Part shown: positions 45,945-54,856 of the stretch, piece after piece
Layout: each line of letters opens with the position of its first letter
Numbering within the stretch: the stretch's first letter is position 1
From: an uncultured Candidatus Saccharibacteria bacterium
GTDB lineage: Bacteria; Patescibacteriota; Minisyncoccia; Minisyncoccales; Staskawiczbacteraceae
Length of the DNA: 64,000 nt
NCBI GenBank assembly: GCA_964479955.1
Contig: CAYZNK010000001.1
Location: forward strand, 219,824-283,823
Direction: 5' to 3'
Translations under genes and position numbers: made by a program
Notes under the pieces: model-generated
What the model was told of the DNA's origin: nothing
Seen by the model: the letters and a program-made list of their open reading frames with translations, nothing else
Database searches by the model: none

Positions 45945-46631
45945 ATGAAAAAAATATTTTTTTTAGCGCTTTGTTTATTTTTTGTTTTATCTGCCCCATT
46001 TGCGTTTGCCGATGATGTCCAATTTGATTGTGCTTTTGAAGGACAAGAGGGAGATGTACATGGTAAAAATTGTTGCGAAGGTTTAACCAGTGTTGCTATT
46101 AATAATGTTCCATTGTCGTCAGGACTATGTCCTTCGGTTTTGCCGTCTTACGGAACTCAGTTTTATTGCATAAAATGCGGAGACGGAATCTGCGGGGAAA
46201 GAGAAAATAAATGCAATTGTCCAAGTGATTGCAATAACGGCGGAGATTCAGTTCAAAATTGTCCGGATTCATCTTCTATTGAATGTGATGGGGGGAGAAT
46301 TGTTTTTGACGATACAACGGATGAAAGCGGGTGCTCTAATTTTAAGTGCATCAAGGATCTTTCTAATGGTGAGCCGGCGGAGATAAAAATAACGCCAGGG
46401 TATGCTTCTGAAACTGTTGTAGAAAAAGTTGGAGATTTGGATTTTAATGTACAGCTTCAGGAAACCAAAGAAAACAACAATTTAAAATTTGTTTATCAGA
46501 CAGATGAAAAAGAAAAAGAGATAAAAATTTTTGGCTTGTTTAAAATTAAAATAAAAGTGAGTGCTCAGATAGATGCTCTAACCGGAGATATTAAAATAAA
46601 GATGCCCTGGTGGAGTATTTTTGCGTGGTAG
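45945..46631 (+). CDS. Secreted Cys-rich hypothetical protein
   Basis: Signal peptide MKKIFFLALCLFFVLSAPFAFA from the ATG at 45945. Many Cys residues, e.g. CIKCGDGICGERENKCNCPSDC. Confidence 0.5.
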   Translation: MKKIFFLALCLFFVLSAPFAFADDVQFDCAFEGQEGDVHGKNCCEGLTSVAINNVPLSSGLCPSVLPSYGTQFYCIKCGDGICGERENKCNCPSDCNNGGDSVQNCPDSSSIECDGGRIVFDDTTDESGCSNFKCIKDLSNGEPAEIKITPGYASETVVEKVGDLDFNVQLQETKENNNLKFVYQTDEKEKEIKIFGLFKIKIKVSAQIDALTGDIKIKMPWWSIFAW

Positions 46632-46649
46632 TAATTTAATTTAAAAAAA

Positions 46650-46682
46650 CAGCCCTGAGCATAGTCGAAGGGCTGTTTTTGT
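46650..46682 (+). terminator. Rho-independent terminator
   Basis: cagccc...gggctg followed by a T-run. Confidence 0.7.
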
Positions 46683-46740
46683 TTGACTTTTTTAAAATTA
46701 GCATTATTGTAAGGTAATACTATTAAACATCATTTAAAAT

Positions 46741-47541
46741 ATGACATCATTTTTTATATTTTTTACGGCGCATCCGTATTGGGGCAGTTTCTTGATATTT
46801 GTAGCGGCAGTTATTTTAGTCTCAATAAAACAAATAAACCAATATGAAAAAGGGGTAAAGTTCATGTTAGGAAAGTATGTGGGCACAATGGAGCCGGGAT
46901 GGAGATTAATTTTCCCGATTATTCAGTCTTATCATAAAGTTGACTTAAGGGTAAAAGCAGTTGACGTTCCCAACCAAGAAGCAATCACAAAAGACAATAT
47001 TTCTGTAAGCGTAAATGCGGTAATTTATTATAAAATAGATGCCGCCGAAAAAGCGGTTTTGGAAGTGGAGAATTTTTATTATGCGATTTCGCAACTTGCT
47101 CAGACAACAATGAGAAACGCAGTGGGTCAGGTGGACTTAGACGATCTTTTATCTCAAAGGAACAGGGTTTCTGAAAATATCAGGTTAATTATAGACAAGG
47201 AAACAGACCCGTGGGGGATTAAGGTTTTGAATGTTGAATTAAAAGACATAACTTTACCAGAAGAAATGAAAAGGGTTATAGGCAAGCAAGCAGAGGCGGA
47301 AAGAGAAAAAAGAGCAATAATTATTAAAGCAGAAGGAGAAGTAGCCGCCGCAAACAACATGGCAAAAGCTGCTGAAACTCTGGCTAATTCAAAAGGGGCT
47401 TTGCATCTTAGGACATTGCAATCAATTAATGATATAAGTTCTGACCAGTCAAATACAATTGTTTTCGCAATTCCCCTGGAAGTGCTAAGGGCATTTGAAA
47501 ATTTTGGCAAGTCTCAATCTCAGGAGCAGAAAAATCAATAG
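46741..47541 (+). CDS. SPFH/band-7 (stomatin/prohibitin-like) membrane protein
   Basis: N-terminal TM. VDLRVKAVDVPNQEAITKDNISVSVNAVIYYKI, then an EAEREKRA coiled region. Confidence 0.85.
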   Translation: MTSFFIFFTAHPYWGSFLIFVAAVILVSIKQINQYEKGVKFMLGKYVGTMEPGWRLIFPIIQSYHKVDLRVKAVDVPNQEAITKDNISVSVNAVIYYKIDAAEKAVLEVENFYYAISQLAQTTMRNAVGQVDLDDLLSQRNRVSENIRLIIDKETDPWGIKVLNVELKDITLPEEMKRVIGKQAEAEREKRAIIIKAEGEVAAANNMAKAAETLANSKGALHLRTLQSINDISSDQSNTIVFAIPLEVLRAFENFGKSQSQEQKNQ

Positions 47542-47556
47542 GTCAACCGTAACATT

Positions 47557-47596
47557 AAACGCCCCACCCCTCCAGCTGGAGGGGTGGGGCGTTTTA
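47557..47596 (+). terminator. Perfect palindromic terminator AAACGCCCCACCCCTCCAGCTGGAGGGGTGGGGCGTTT
   Basis: 17-bp stem. Same AAACGCCYCA...TGRGGCGTTT ends as the hairpins flanking the PurH-like gene. Confidence 0.8.
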
Positions 47597-47729
47597 AAAT
47601 GTATTTTGAAATAAAAAAGATGGCTGGTGTGTAGTAATAAATGTAAGTAAAGGTCGGTTATTCCTATCTAAAATCCTGCTTTTGCAAACTGTTAAATTGA
47701 CGGTTTTGCAAAAGCAGGAACCAATAATA

Positions 47730-48287
47730 ATGAATAAAAAATATTTATTATATGCTATTTTCCCTGTAATTGCGTTAGTTTCAATTAGTGGGTTTGTGTT
47801 GGCGGATTCAACAAATGCCAATGTAATAAACCCAATGGCTAACATTGTAAATGCAATTGCAGAAAAATTTAATTTGAATGTAAGCGATGTCCAAGATGTT
47901 TTTGACGAGCAAAGGGCGACAATGGAAGCTAATCGTCAAGAACATAGGGAGGAAATGCAGGCAGACATGCAAGAAAAATTTAATGAAAGAATCAATCAGG
48001 CAGTTTCTGACGGTAAATTGACTCAGGCTCAGGCAGATTTGATTATTGCCAAAAAAGCTGAATTATGTAGCCAACAAACAAGCATGGAGGGCAAAACAAG
48101 AGAAGAAATTTTAGCCTTTCAGAAATCCCAGAGAGACTCTTTGGAACAATGGGCAAAAGACAATAATATTCCAACAGGATATATTATGTTCTGTGGAATG
48201 GGTCGCGGAAAAGGTTCTGGTGATTTTGGGCCTCAAAGAATGAACAGACCGCAAAATAGTCAAGAAACAAGTTCAGCCTCTGAATAG
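47730..48287 (+). CDS. Secreted helical hypothetical protein
   Basis: Signal peptide MNKKYLLYAIFPVIALVSISGFVLA from the ATG at 47730. Confidence 0.5.
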   Translation: MNKKYLLYAIFPVIALVSISGFVLADSTNANVINPMANIVNAIAEKFNLNVSDVQDVFDEQRATMEANRQEHREEMQADMQEKFNERINQAVSDGKLTQAQADLIIAKKAELCSQQTSMEGKTREEILAFQKSQRDSLEQWAKDNNIPTGYIMFCGMGRGKGSGDFGPQRMNRPQNSQETSSASE

Positions 48288-48309
48288 TTTAAGCAAGTAA
48301 AGTTAGCTA

Positions 48310-48342
48310 AAAACCGCCTCTGGCAAGAAAGGCGGTTTTTTG
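48310..48342 (+). terminator. Rho-independent terminator
   Basis: aaaccgcc...ggcggttt followed by a T-run. Confidence 0.75.
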
Positions 48343-48378
48343 GTAGAATTAATAAAAAATAATTAAAGTTTAAACATT

Positions 48379-49116
48379 ATGGTTTTTTTGCAGATTTTAA
48401 CAGCAACTTTTTTAATAACTCTGTGTGTCTGGGTGGCGGTTTTGTTTTTATTATTTAAGAAAGAAACGCTTTCTAAGATTACAATATTTCTTGTGTCTTT
48501 TTCAGCCGGAGCTTTGATTGGCGGAGCATTTTTGCATTTGCTTCCAGAAGCTGCGGAATTATTAGAGCCAAGTAAAATGTTTTTAATTTCTTTATCTGCT
48601 TTTGTAGCTTTCTTTTTTGTTGAAAAATTATTGCATTGGAGGCACTGCCACAAAGACAACTGCGATATCCATACATTTGGACATATGAGTTTGCTTGGAG
48701 ATACCTTGCATAATTTTATTGACGGACTAGTTGTTGCCGGCTCTTTTTTGGCTGATTTTAATTTGGGAGTTGTTACAACGCTTGCCATTGCTCTTCATGA
48801 GATACCGCAAGAAATAGGGGATTTTGGGGTAGTTATACATGCTGGCTTTACGCGGCTTAAGGCCTTTATACTTAACTATCTTGTTGCCTTAACAGTTGTT
48901 TTAGGAGGAATTGCCGGCTATTTTATTTCTTTTTATTCTGACAATATCGTGGGGTATATGCTACCGTTTGCAGCAGGAGGATTTATTTATGTTGCAGCCT
49001 CCGATTTGATGCCGGAGATAAGAAAAGAAACTGTCTTTAAAAAATCACTCGTTTCTTTTTTAATTTTTTTGTTGGGTATAATGTTAATGTTCATAATGAG
49101 GATGTTTGGTGAATAG
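48379..49116 (+). CDS. ZIP-family metal (zinc) transporter
   Basis: HNFIDGLVV and HEIPQEIGDFGVV motifs. Polytopic. Confidence 0.85.
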   Translation: MVFLQILTATFLITLCVWVAVLFLLFKKETLSKITIFLVSFSAGALIGGAFLHLLPEAAELLEPSKMFLISLSAFVAFFFVEKLLHWRHCHKDNCDIHTFGHMSLLGDTLHNFIDGLVVAGSFLADFNLGVVTTLAIALHEIPQEIGDFGVVIHAGFTRLKAFILNYLVALTVVLGGIAGYFISFYSDNIVGYMLPFAAGGFIYVAASDLMPEIRKETVFKKSLVSFLIFLLGIMLMFIMRMFGE

Positions 49117-49131
49117 AAATATAAATTAAAG

Positions 49132-49181
49132 AACGGCTCACCCCGCTCTCCGCCAACTGGCGGATGACGAGGTGGGCCGTT
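49132..49181. repeat. Composite hairpin containing the TCCGCCAACTGGCGGATG core (copy 3)
   Basis: Outer stem aacggctcacc / ggtgggccgtt. Core at 49149-49166. Confidence 0.7.
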
Positions 49182-49194
49182 TGATTTGCGGCAT

Positions 49195-49500
49195 TCAGGC
49201 TGTTTTTTGCTTTTGCCTTTTTGAAGATTTGTTTCTAAAAAGAAAGGTTATGTCTTTTGCCTTGCCCCGCGAAATTCCTTTATTTATTGTGCGGCAGAAT
49301 ACCTTGATATTAATTCCACTGCTCCTGCTTTGCCAAAAAAAATTGGCCTGGCTGAAAGAAACCAGCCAGAGGTCCCGCTGTTTGCCGTCATTGCAAGGGA
49401 CCGCTCTGTAAGAATTTTCTTCTGAAACTTCCATGGCAATAATTTCGTTTGATTGGGCATCTTGAGGTTCTAAAAACCATTCGTATTCTTGTTTTGACAT
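49195..49500 (-). CDS. Hypothetical protein (101 aa)
   Basis: The ATG at 49500 is preceded by GGAGG, a strong SD. No family recognised. Confidence 0.45.
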   Translation of the reverse strand: MSKQEYEWFLEPQDAQSNEIIAMEVSEENSYRAVPCNDGKQRDLWLVSFSQANFFWQSRSSGINIKVFCRTINKGISRGKAKDITFLFRNKSSKRQKQKTA

Positions 49501-49690
49501 AACCGCCTCCCATATAAAAGTACAATTGCCAACCAACATAGCTGGCGGTAAAAGTATTGTATAATTTAAAATTTAAAATGGCAATATATCATATACAAAT
49601 TGTCGTTTTTTATTCACATTCAGCTATTGCTTTGGGGTTGTTTTTAAGGTAAAATAAGAGAATATAGCCAGACTTTAAGAGAATAGATTT

Positions 49691-50833
49691 ATGAATAAAC
49701 ATATTGTTATAGAGGATAAAAATCAAGAAGTTTTGATTGGAAAACTGCAGAAGAGGACAGACACAAAAGCCGAAAGAATTAAAAGGCTTTTGGCTCTTCC
49801 TGACCTTGCAAAAAAAGAAAACTCTCCGGTTAAAATTTTATTTGACCAGATAATAAACCTGCCAAGATTTAAGGATTTTGATATAGTTGAATTTCCTAAG
49901 ATTATAACAACAGAACAATGTTTTGATCTTTTAAATACTCCAAAAGACCACCCAAGCAGAAAAGAAACAGATACTTATTATCTGGATGACAACCATATAT
50001 TGAGAACTCAAATGACGGCTTTTTGGTCTTTTTATTTAAAGAATCCGGAAGTTTTTGAAAAACTTGAAAAAGACGGGGAAATAAAGGCATTGTCTCCGGG
50101 AATTGTTTTTAGAAAAGACGAGATAGACAGAAGCCATTATCCTGCATTTCATCAGATAGATGGTCTGTTAATTTGTAAAAAATCAAAAAGAATTATAACC
50201 CAAGATGATTTAAAAGAAGTTCAGGCAGATTTGGCAAAGGGGATTTTTGGCAAAGATATTGAGTACAAATTTATAGAAGACACTTTTCCTTATACAATAG
50301 AGAGTCTTGAAATGGATATTATGTTCAACGGTCAGTGGCTTGAAGTGAATGGAGCCGGGCTTGTAAATCCTGTTGTGCTTAAAAATTTTGGAATTAATCC
50401 TGAACTTTACAATGGCTGGGCATTTGGATTTGGGGAAAGATTAGCAATGATTAAAATGGGCATACCAGACATCAGAATTTTGTGGTCAAACGACCCAAGG
50501 ATAACCAACCAGTTCAAAGATATAAACAGCAAATTTAAGGAAGTAAGCAAATATCCTGCAACTTCCAGGGATATTTCGTTTGTAATTGATAAAAATATAA
50601 ATTTGAATAATTATTACGAAATTGTCCGCGACTATGCGGAAAACTTGATTGAAGAAGTAAAACTTGTTGACGAATACGAAGATGAAAAAAAATTTGGGAA
50701 AGACAAAAAGTCGTATACTTTCAGGATTGTTTACAGAAGTCCGGAAAGAACGTTAACTAATGAAGAAATAAATATTATTCAAGAAAAAATAAGAGAAAAA
50801 ACAAAACAGGATTTAGACGCTGTTTTGAGGTAG
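49691..50833 (+). CDS. pheS: Phenylalanyl-tRNA synthetase, single-chain form: PheS-type class II catalytic core fused to an FDX-ACB anticodon-binding domain (mitochondrial-type architecture)
   Basis: HPSRKETDTYY, FRKDEIDRSHYPAFHQIDG (motif 2), and GWAFGFGERLAMIKMGIPDIRILWSNDPR (motif 3). Then YPATSRDISFVI...SYTFRIVYRSPERTLTNEEIN (FDX-ACB). No pheT gene is adjacent. Confidence 0.8.
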   Translation: MNKHIVIEDKNQEVLIGKLQKRTDTKAERIKRLLALPDLAKKENSPVKILFDQIINLPRFKDFDIVEFPKIITTEQCFDLLNTPKDHPSRKETDTYYLDDNHILRTQMTAFWSFYLKNPEVFEKLEKDGEIKALSPGIVFRKDEIDRSHYPAFHQIDGLLICKKSKRIITQDDLKEVQADLAKGIFGKDIEYKFIEDTFPYTIESLEMDIMFNGQWLEVNGAGLVNPVVLKNFGINPELYNGWAFGFGERLAMIKMGIPDIRILWSNDPRITNQFKDINSKFKEVSKYPATSRDISFVIDKNINLNNYYEIVRDYAENLIEEVKLVDEYEDEKKFGKDKKSYTFRIVYRSPERTLTNEEINIIQEKIREKTKQDLDAVLR

Positions 50834-50898
50834 TAAATTTTACTGTCATTTGACAGTGAAGTCAGACAAGCAATTATAAATTATCCAAAATAAATAAA

Positions 50899-53076
50899 AT
50901 GAAATTAAACATAAAGTCAAAAGACGAAGAAGCTGTTGAAAAAAAGGTAGTGGCAAAGAGTGATTTGAAGAAGACAGAAAAACCAAAACCCGTAAAGCAG
51001 GTTCCTGTTTTAGATAAAAAAATTTCTGGTAAAACAACGGTCAAAAAAGTTGAAAAAACAGCTTTGCCAGAAAAAAAGGAATCTGCTTTGGAAGATATTA
51101 AAAATGAAGTTTCTGAAAAGATCGCAGAAAGGAAGGCCGGAGGTTCTGAGCTACAGGCGAAGAAAACAAGAAAAGAAGGCGAATATACTGCAAAAGATAT
51201 TTATGTTTTAAAAGGGCTGGAGCCTGTAAGAATGAGGCCTGGAATGTATATTGGCTCAACAGGAGTTGATGGCCTCCATCATTTGATTTGGGAAGTTGTT
51301 GACAATTGTTTGGATGAGGCAATGGCAGGTTATGCAAAAAATATAGAAGTTATTTTATTACCCGAGGGCAGAGTAAAAATTTCTGATGACGGAAGAGGAA
51401 TTCCAGTCGAAAAGCATCCTGACACAGGAAAGTCAACATTGGAAACGGTTTTGACAACTTTGCACGCAGGAGGAAAATTTGGAGGAGAAGCTTATAAAGT
51501 TTCGGGGGGACTTCACGGAGTTGGAGTTTCGGTTGTTTGCGCTTTGTCCACTTATATGTTGGCTGAAGTGAAAAGGGACGGGGGAGTATATCAACAGGAA
51601 TATTTCAGGGGTAAGCCCAAAACTCCTGTTAAAAAAGTTGGGGAATCAAAAACAACAGGAACAACTCAGACATTTGATGCTGACCCGCAAATTTTTTCTG
51701 AAATAAAATATGACCCTAAAAGAATTTTAAATCATTTGCGCCAGCAGGCATATCTGACAAAAGGGGTAAAAATCATTTTTAAAGATGAAAGAGAAAAGGA
51801 AAAAGAAACGTCATACGCATTTTATTTTGAAGGCGGAGTCGGTTCTTATGTAAAATATTTGGTTGAAGGAAATAATCCGCGTCACTCAAATATCTTTTCA
51901 ATAGCTTCTGAAAAAGACGGCATTGCAGTTGAGGCCGCATTTCAATATACCCAGGAAATGGAATGCACAGAAGAATCTTTTGCAAATAATATTTATACGG
52001 TTGAAGGTGGAACTCATATCTCAGGGTTTAGAACAGCCCTGACAAGGTCATTGAACGATTATGCAAGAAGGGAAGGATATTTAAAAGAAAAGGATGAGAA
52101 CTTTACAGGAGAGGATGTAAGGGAAGGTTTGACTGCCGTTGTTTCTGTAAAAATAAAAACTCCGCAGTTTGAAGGTCAGACAAAAGCAAAGCTGGGAAAC
52201 CCTGAAGCCAAAGCTGCCGTTGAGGCTGCTGTAATGGAGGGACTTTCAGATTTTTTGGAGAGAAATCCTTCGGATTCAAAATCAATAATTGAAAATTGTT
52301 TACTGGCAACAAAAGCAAGGCTTGCCGCCAAAGCCGCCAGACAAACTGTTTTGAGAAAAGGAGCCTTAGAAGGTTTGGCTCTGCCCGGGAAACTTGCAGA
52401 TTGCTTATCCAGAAAACCGGAAGAATCAGAAATTTATATTGTTGAGGGAGATTCTGCCGGCGGTTCTTCAAAGCAGGCCAGAGACAGGAGATTCCAGGCA
52501 ATTTTGCCATTGCGCGGTAAAATTTTGAATGTTGAAAGGGCGAGGCTTGATAAAATGTTAGCCTCAAAAGAAATTAAAGCGCTGATTATTGCCATGGGAA
52601 CCGGCATTGGAGAAGATTTTGATATTGAAAAATTAAGGTATCACAGGATTGTTATTATGACAGATGCCGATGTTGATGGCGCTCATATAAGGACATTGCT
52701 TTTGACCTTCTTTTACAGGTATTTTAAATCTATTGTTGAAAGTGGATATATTTATATTGCTCAACCGCCGCTTTATAAAATTCAGTCAGGAAAGAATGCT
52801 CAGTATGCCTATTCAGATGAGGAAAAGGATAAGATTATAAAAACAATGGGAAAGGCTTCAGCTTCAATACAGCGATATAAGGGTCTGGGAGAAATGAATC
52901 CAGAACAACTTTGGGAAACAACAATGAATCCTGAAAATAGGACCTTACTGCAGGTCGCGATAGAAGAAGCCCATGAAGCAGACAAAACCTTTGATATTTT
53001 GATGGGTGAGGAAGTTGAGCCACGGAAAAAATTTATCCAAACTCACGCAAAAGCAGTTAAAAATTTGGATATATAA
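50899..53076 (+). CDS. gyrB: DNA gyrase subunit B with a roughly 95-aa Lys-rich N-terminal extension
   Basis: LEPVRMRPGMYIGST, HHLIWEVVDNCLDEA, GGLHGVG, YIVEGDSAGGS, IMTDADVDGAHI, and YKGLGEMNPEQLWETTM. Confidence 0.95.
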   Translation: MKLNIKSKDEEAVEKKVVAKSDLKKTEKPKPVKQVPVLDKKISGKTTVKKVEKTALPEKKESALEDIKNEVSEKIAERKAGGSELQAKKTRKEGEYTAKDIYVLKGLEPVRMRPGMYIGSTGVDGLHHLIWEVVDNCLDEAMAGYAKNIEVILLPEGRVKISDDGRGIPVEKHPDTGKSTLETVLTTLHAGGKFGGEAYKVSGGLHGVGVSVVCALSTYMLAEVKRDGGVYQQEYFRGKPKTPVKKVGESKTTGTTQTFDADPQIFSEIKYDPKRILNHLRQQAYLTKGVKIIFKDEREKEKETSYAFYFEGGVGSYVKYLVEGNNPRHSNIFSIASEKDGIAVEAAFQYTQEMECTEESFANNIYTVEGGTHISGFRTALTRSLNDYARREGYLKEKDENFTGEDVREGLTAVVSVKIKTPQFEGQTKAKLGNPEAKAAVEAAVMEGLSDFLERNPSDSKSIIENCLLATKARLAAKAARQTVLRKGALEGLALPGKLADCLSRKPEESEIYIVEGDSAGGSSKQARDRRFQAILPLRGKILNVERARLDKMLASKEIKALIIAMGTGIGEDFDIEKLRYHRIVIMTDADVDGAHIRTLLLTFFYRYFKSIVESGYIYIAQPPLYKIQSGKNAQYAYSDEEKDKIIKTMGKASASIQRYKGLGEMNPEQLWETTMNPENRTLLQVAIEEAHEADKTFDILMGEEVEPRKKFIQTHAKAVKNLDI

Positions 53077-53079
53077 TAT

Positions 53080-53334
53080 ATGTTTGATAACCTAAAAAAA
53101 ATAGCAGAGCTTAAAAAAATGCAGGATTCTTTCAAAAAAGAAAAAGAATCAGTTGAGATATCCGGCGTTTTTGTTTCTGTGAATGGAAGTCTTGATATTG
53201 AAGAAGTAAGATTAAATCCAGATTTGGGTATTGAAGACCAGCAAAATATAGTAAAGCAGTGTTTCAATGAGGCAAAAGAAAAAATTCAGAAGAAATTGGC
53301 AAAAAATTTAATGGGGTCTGGATTCGGACTTTAA
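53080..53334 (+). CDS. ybaB: YbaB/EbfC-family nucleoid-associated protein
   Basis: 84 aa. Shows the LKKMQDSFKKEKESVEISG...VSVNGSLDIEEVRLNPDL pattern. Confidence 0.7.
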   Translation: MFDNLKKIAELKKMQDSFKKEKESVEISGVFVSVNGSLDIEEVRLNPDLGIEDQQNIVKQCFNEAKEKIQKKLAKNLMGSGFGL

Positions 53335-53398
53335 TTTGACTTTTTTTAAATAATCGGCTATTGTAATATATAGCCCCCGTTGCGGGGTTTTAAAAACC

Positions 53399-53593
53399 AT
53401 GAATATAACACAAAAAATCAAAGTTTTCTTTAAGGAGGTCTATGTTGAAATGAAAAAAGTGAGTTGGCTTTCAAGAAAAGAAATTGTAAAATATACATTA
53501 ATTGTTCTGGGATTTACCGCAATTTCAGCTGCTTTTTTGGGGGGATTAGACTATATTTTTTCTATTATAATCAAGAATTTTATTTTAAGGTAA
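53399..53593 (+). CDS. secE: Preprotein translocase subunit SecE
   Basis: FFKEVYVEMKKVSWLSRKE followed by a single TM helix. Lies upstream of nusG. Confidence 0.75.
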   Translation: MNITQKIKVFFKEVYVEMKKVSWLSRKEIVKYTLIVLGFTAISAAFLGGLDYIFSIIIKNFILR

Positions 53594-53634
53594 AATAATT
53601 TGCGCCGTTTTCAAAAAAATAGCGCCATCATATT

Positions 53635-54183
53635 ATGCCAAAACAAGTAATAGAACAAGAGCGAAACTGGTATGTTCTTCATACTTATTCAGGATATGAA
53701 GACGCAGTGGCAAAAAATCTTAAGCAAAGGATTGAGTCTTTGGGTATGGAAGATAAAATTTTTAATGTCATTGTTCCAAAAGAAAAAAAGATAAAAATAA
53801 AAAACGGAAAAAGAAAAACAGTTGAAGAAAAGATTTACCCGGGATATGTTTTAGTTGAAATGATAGTTACTGATGCTTCCTGGTATGTTGTAAGAAACAC
53901 TCCAAGGGTAACAGGATTTTTGGGGGCAGGAACAACTCCTGTGCCGGTTTCCAAGGAAGACATTGATGAGTTAATGAAAAGAATGGATATTAAGGAACCT
54001 GAATTTACCATTGATTTTGAAGTTGGGGATTCTGTCAAAATTACAGACGGTCCGTTTAAGGGAGCAGAAGGAAAAATTTCTGAAATTGACCAGGAAAAAG
54101 GAAAAGGAAAAGTTATGGTTAATATGTTTGGAAGAGACACATCTGTTGAATTAGACTTATTGCAAATTAAAAAAACAACATAA
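53635..54183 (+). CDS. nusG: Transcription termination/antitermination factor NusG
   Basis: WYVLHTYSGYE (NGN domain) and KOW domain GDSVKITDGPFKGAEGKISEI. Confidence 0.95.
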   Translation: MPKQVIEQERNWYVLHTYSGYEDAVAKNLKQRIESLGMEDKIFNVIVPKEKKIKIKNGKRKTVEEKIYPGYVLVEMIVTDASWYVVRNTPRVTGFLGAGTTPVPVSKEDIDELMKRMDIKEPEFTIDFEVGDSVKITDGPFKGAEGKISEIDQEKGKGKVMVNMFGRDTSVELDLLQIKKTT

Positions 54184-54258
54184 AATTTAAAAAACTAAAT
54201 ATTGCTTTTGGACATATGATTTTTTCATTAATCCATCACATAGTATTTAGCAAACAAT

Positions 54259-54684
54259 ATGGCAAAAGAAATTAAAGCGGTTGTTAAGGTGAATATTCCT
54301 GCTGGAAAAGCAACACCGGCTCCTCCAATTGGACCTGCTTTGGCGCAACACGGATTGAACATTGCAGAATTCTGCCAGAAATTCAATGCGGCAACTCAAC
54401 AAATGGCAGGTTACACCATTCCGGCTGAAGTGACAATTTATAAAGACAGGAGTTATGACTTTAAACTGAAAACTCCGTTGGCCTCCGAGCTGTTGAAGAA
54501 AGCGGCAGGAGTTGAAAAAGGATCCGGAGTACCCAACAAAACAAAAGTTGGGAAGGTTACAAAAGCCCAGTTAAGGGAAATAGCAGAAAAAAAATTGCCC
54601 GACCTTAATACAACAGACATAGAGCAGGCAATGAAAATCATTGCAGGCACAGCCAAAAACATGGGCATTGAAGTAAAAGAGTAA
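54259..54684 (+). CDS. rplK: 50S ribosomal protein L11
   Basis: [30 protein letters not shown]. Confidence 0.97.
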   Translation: MAKEIKAVVKVNIPAGKATPAPPIGPALAQHGLNIAEFCQKFNAATQQMAGYTIPAEVTIYKDRSYDFKLKTPLASELLKKAAGVEKGSGVPNKTKVGKVTKAQLREIAEKKLPDLNTTDIEQAMKIIAGTAKNMGIEVKE

Positions 54685-54723
54685 AAAATTTAACAAATAT
54701 TACTTTTATAACATATCATTCTA

Positions 54724-54842
54724 TTGACAGGGTGTCCCGTCTAGGTATATACTGAAAATGTACCTGCGAGGCGTCAGTCTCTATCGGCATTTTAGCTGAT
54801 GGCAGGTACACTAAAAAACCCCCTCTTTGAAGGGATTTTTTA
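54724..54842 (+). ncRNA. Candidate small RNA unit: promoter (TTGACA-16-TATATA), 50-nt hairpin and a weak terminator
   Basis: -35 at 54724-54729 and -10 at 54746-54751. gtacctgc...gcaggtac hairpin at 54760-54809. ccct cttga aggg with flanking A- and T-runs at 54813-54842. No coding potential. Confidence 0.3.
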
Positions 54843-54856
54843 GTGTATTTTTATCT

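Noticed and set aside
54758-54842. Identity of the hairpin RNA as SRP/4.5S or 6S RNA
   Set aside because: It has no GGAA/GNRA-capped domain IV motif or AGCAGC-type symmetric loop as I recall for SRP RNA. It is also far too short for 6S RNA.
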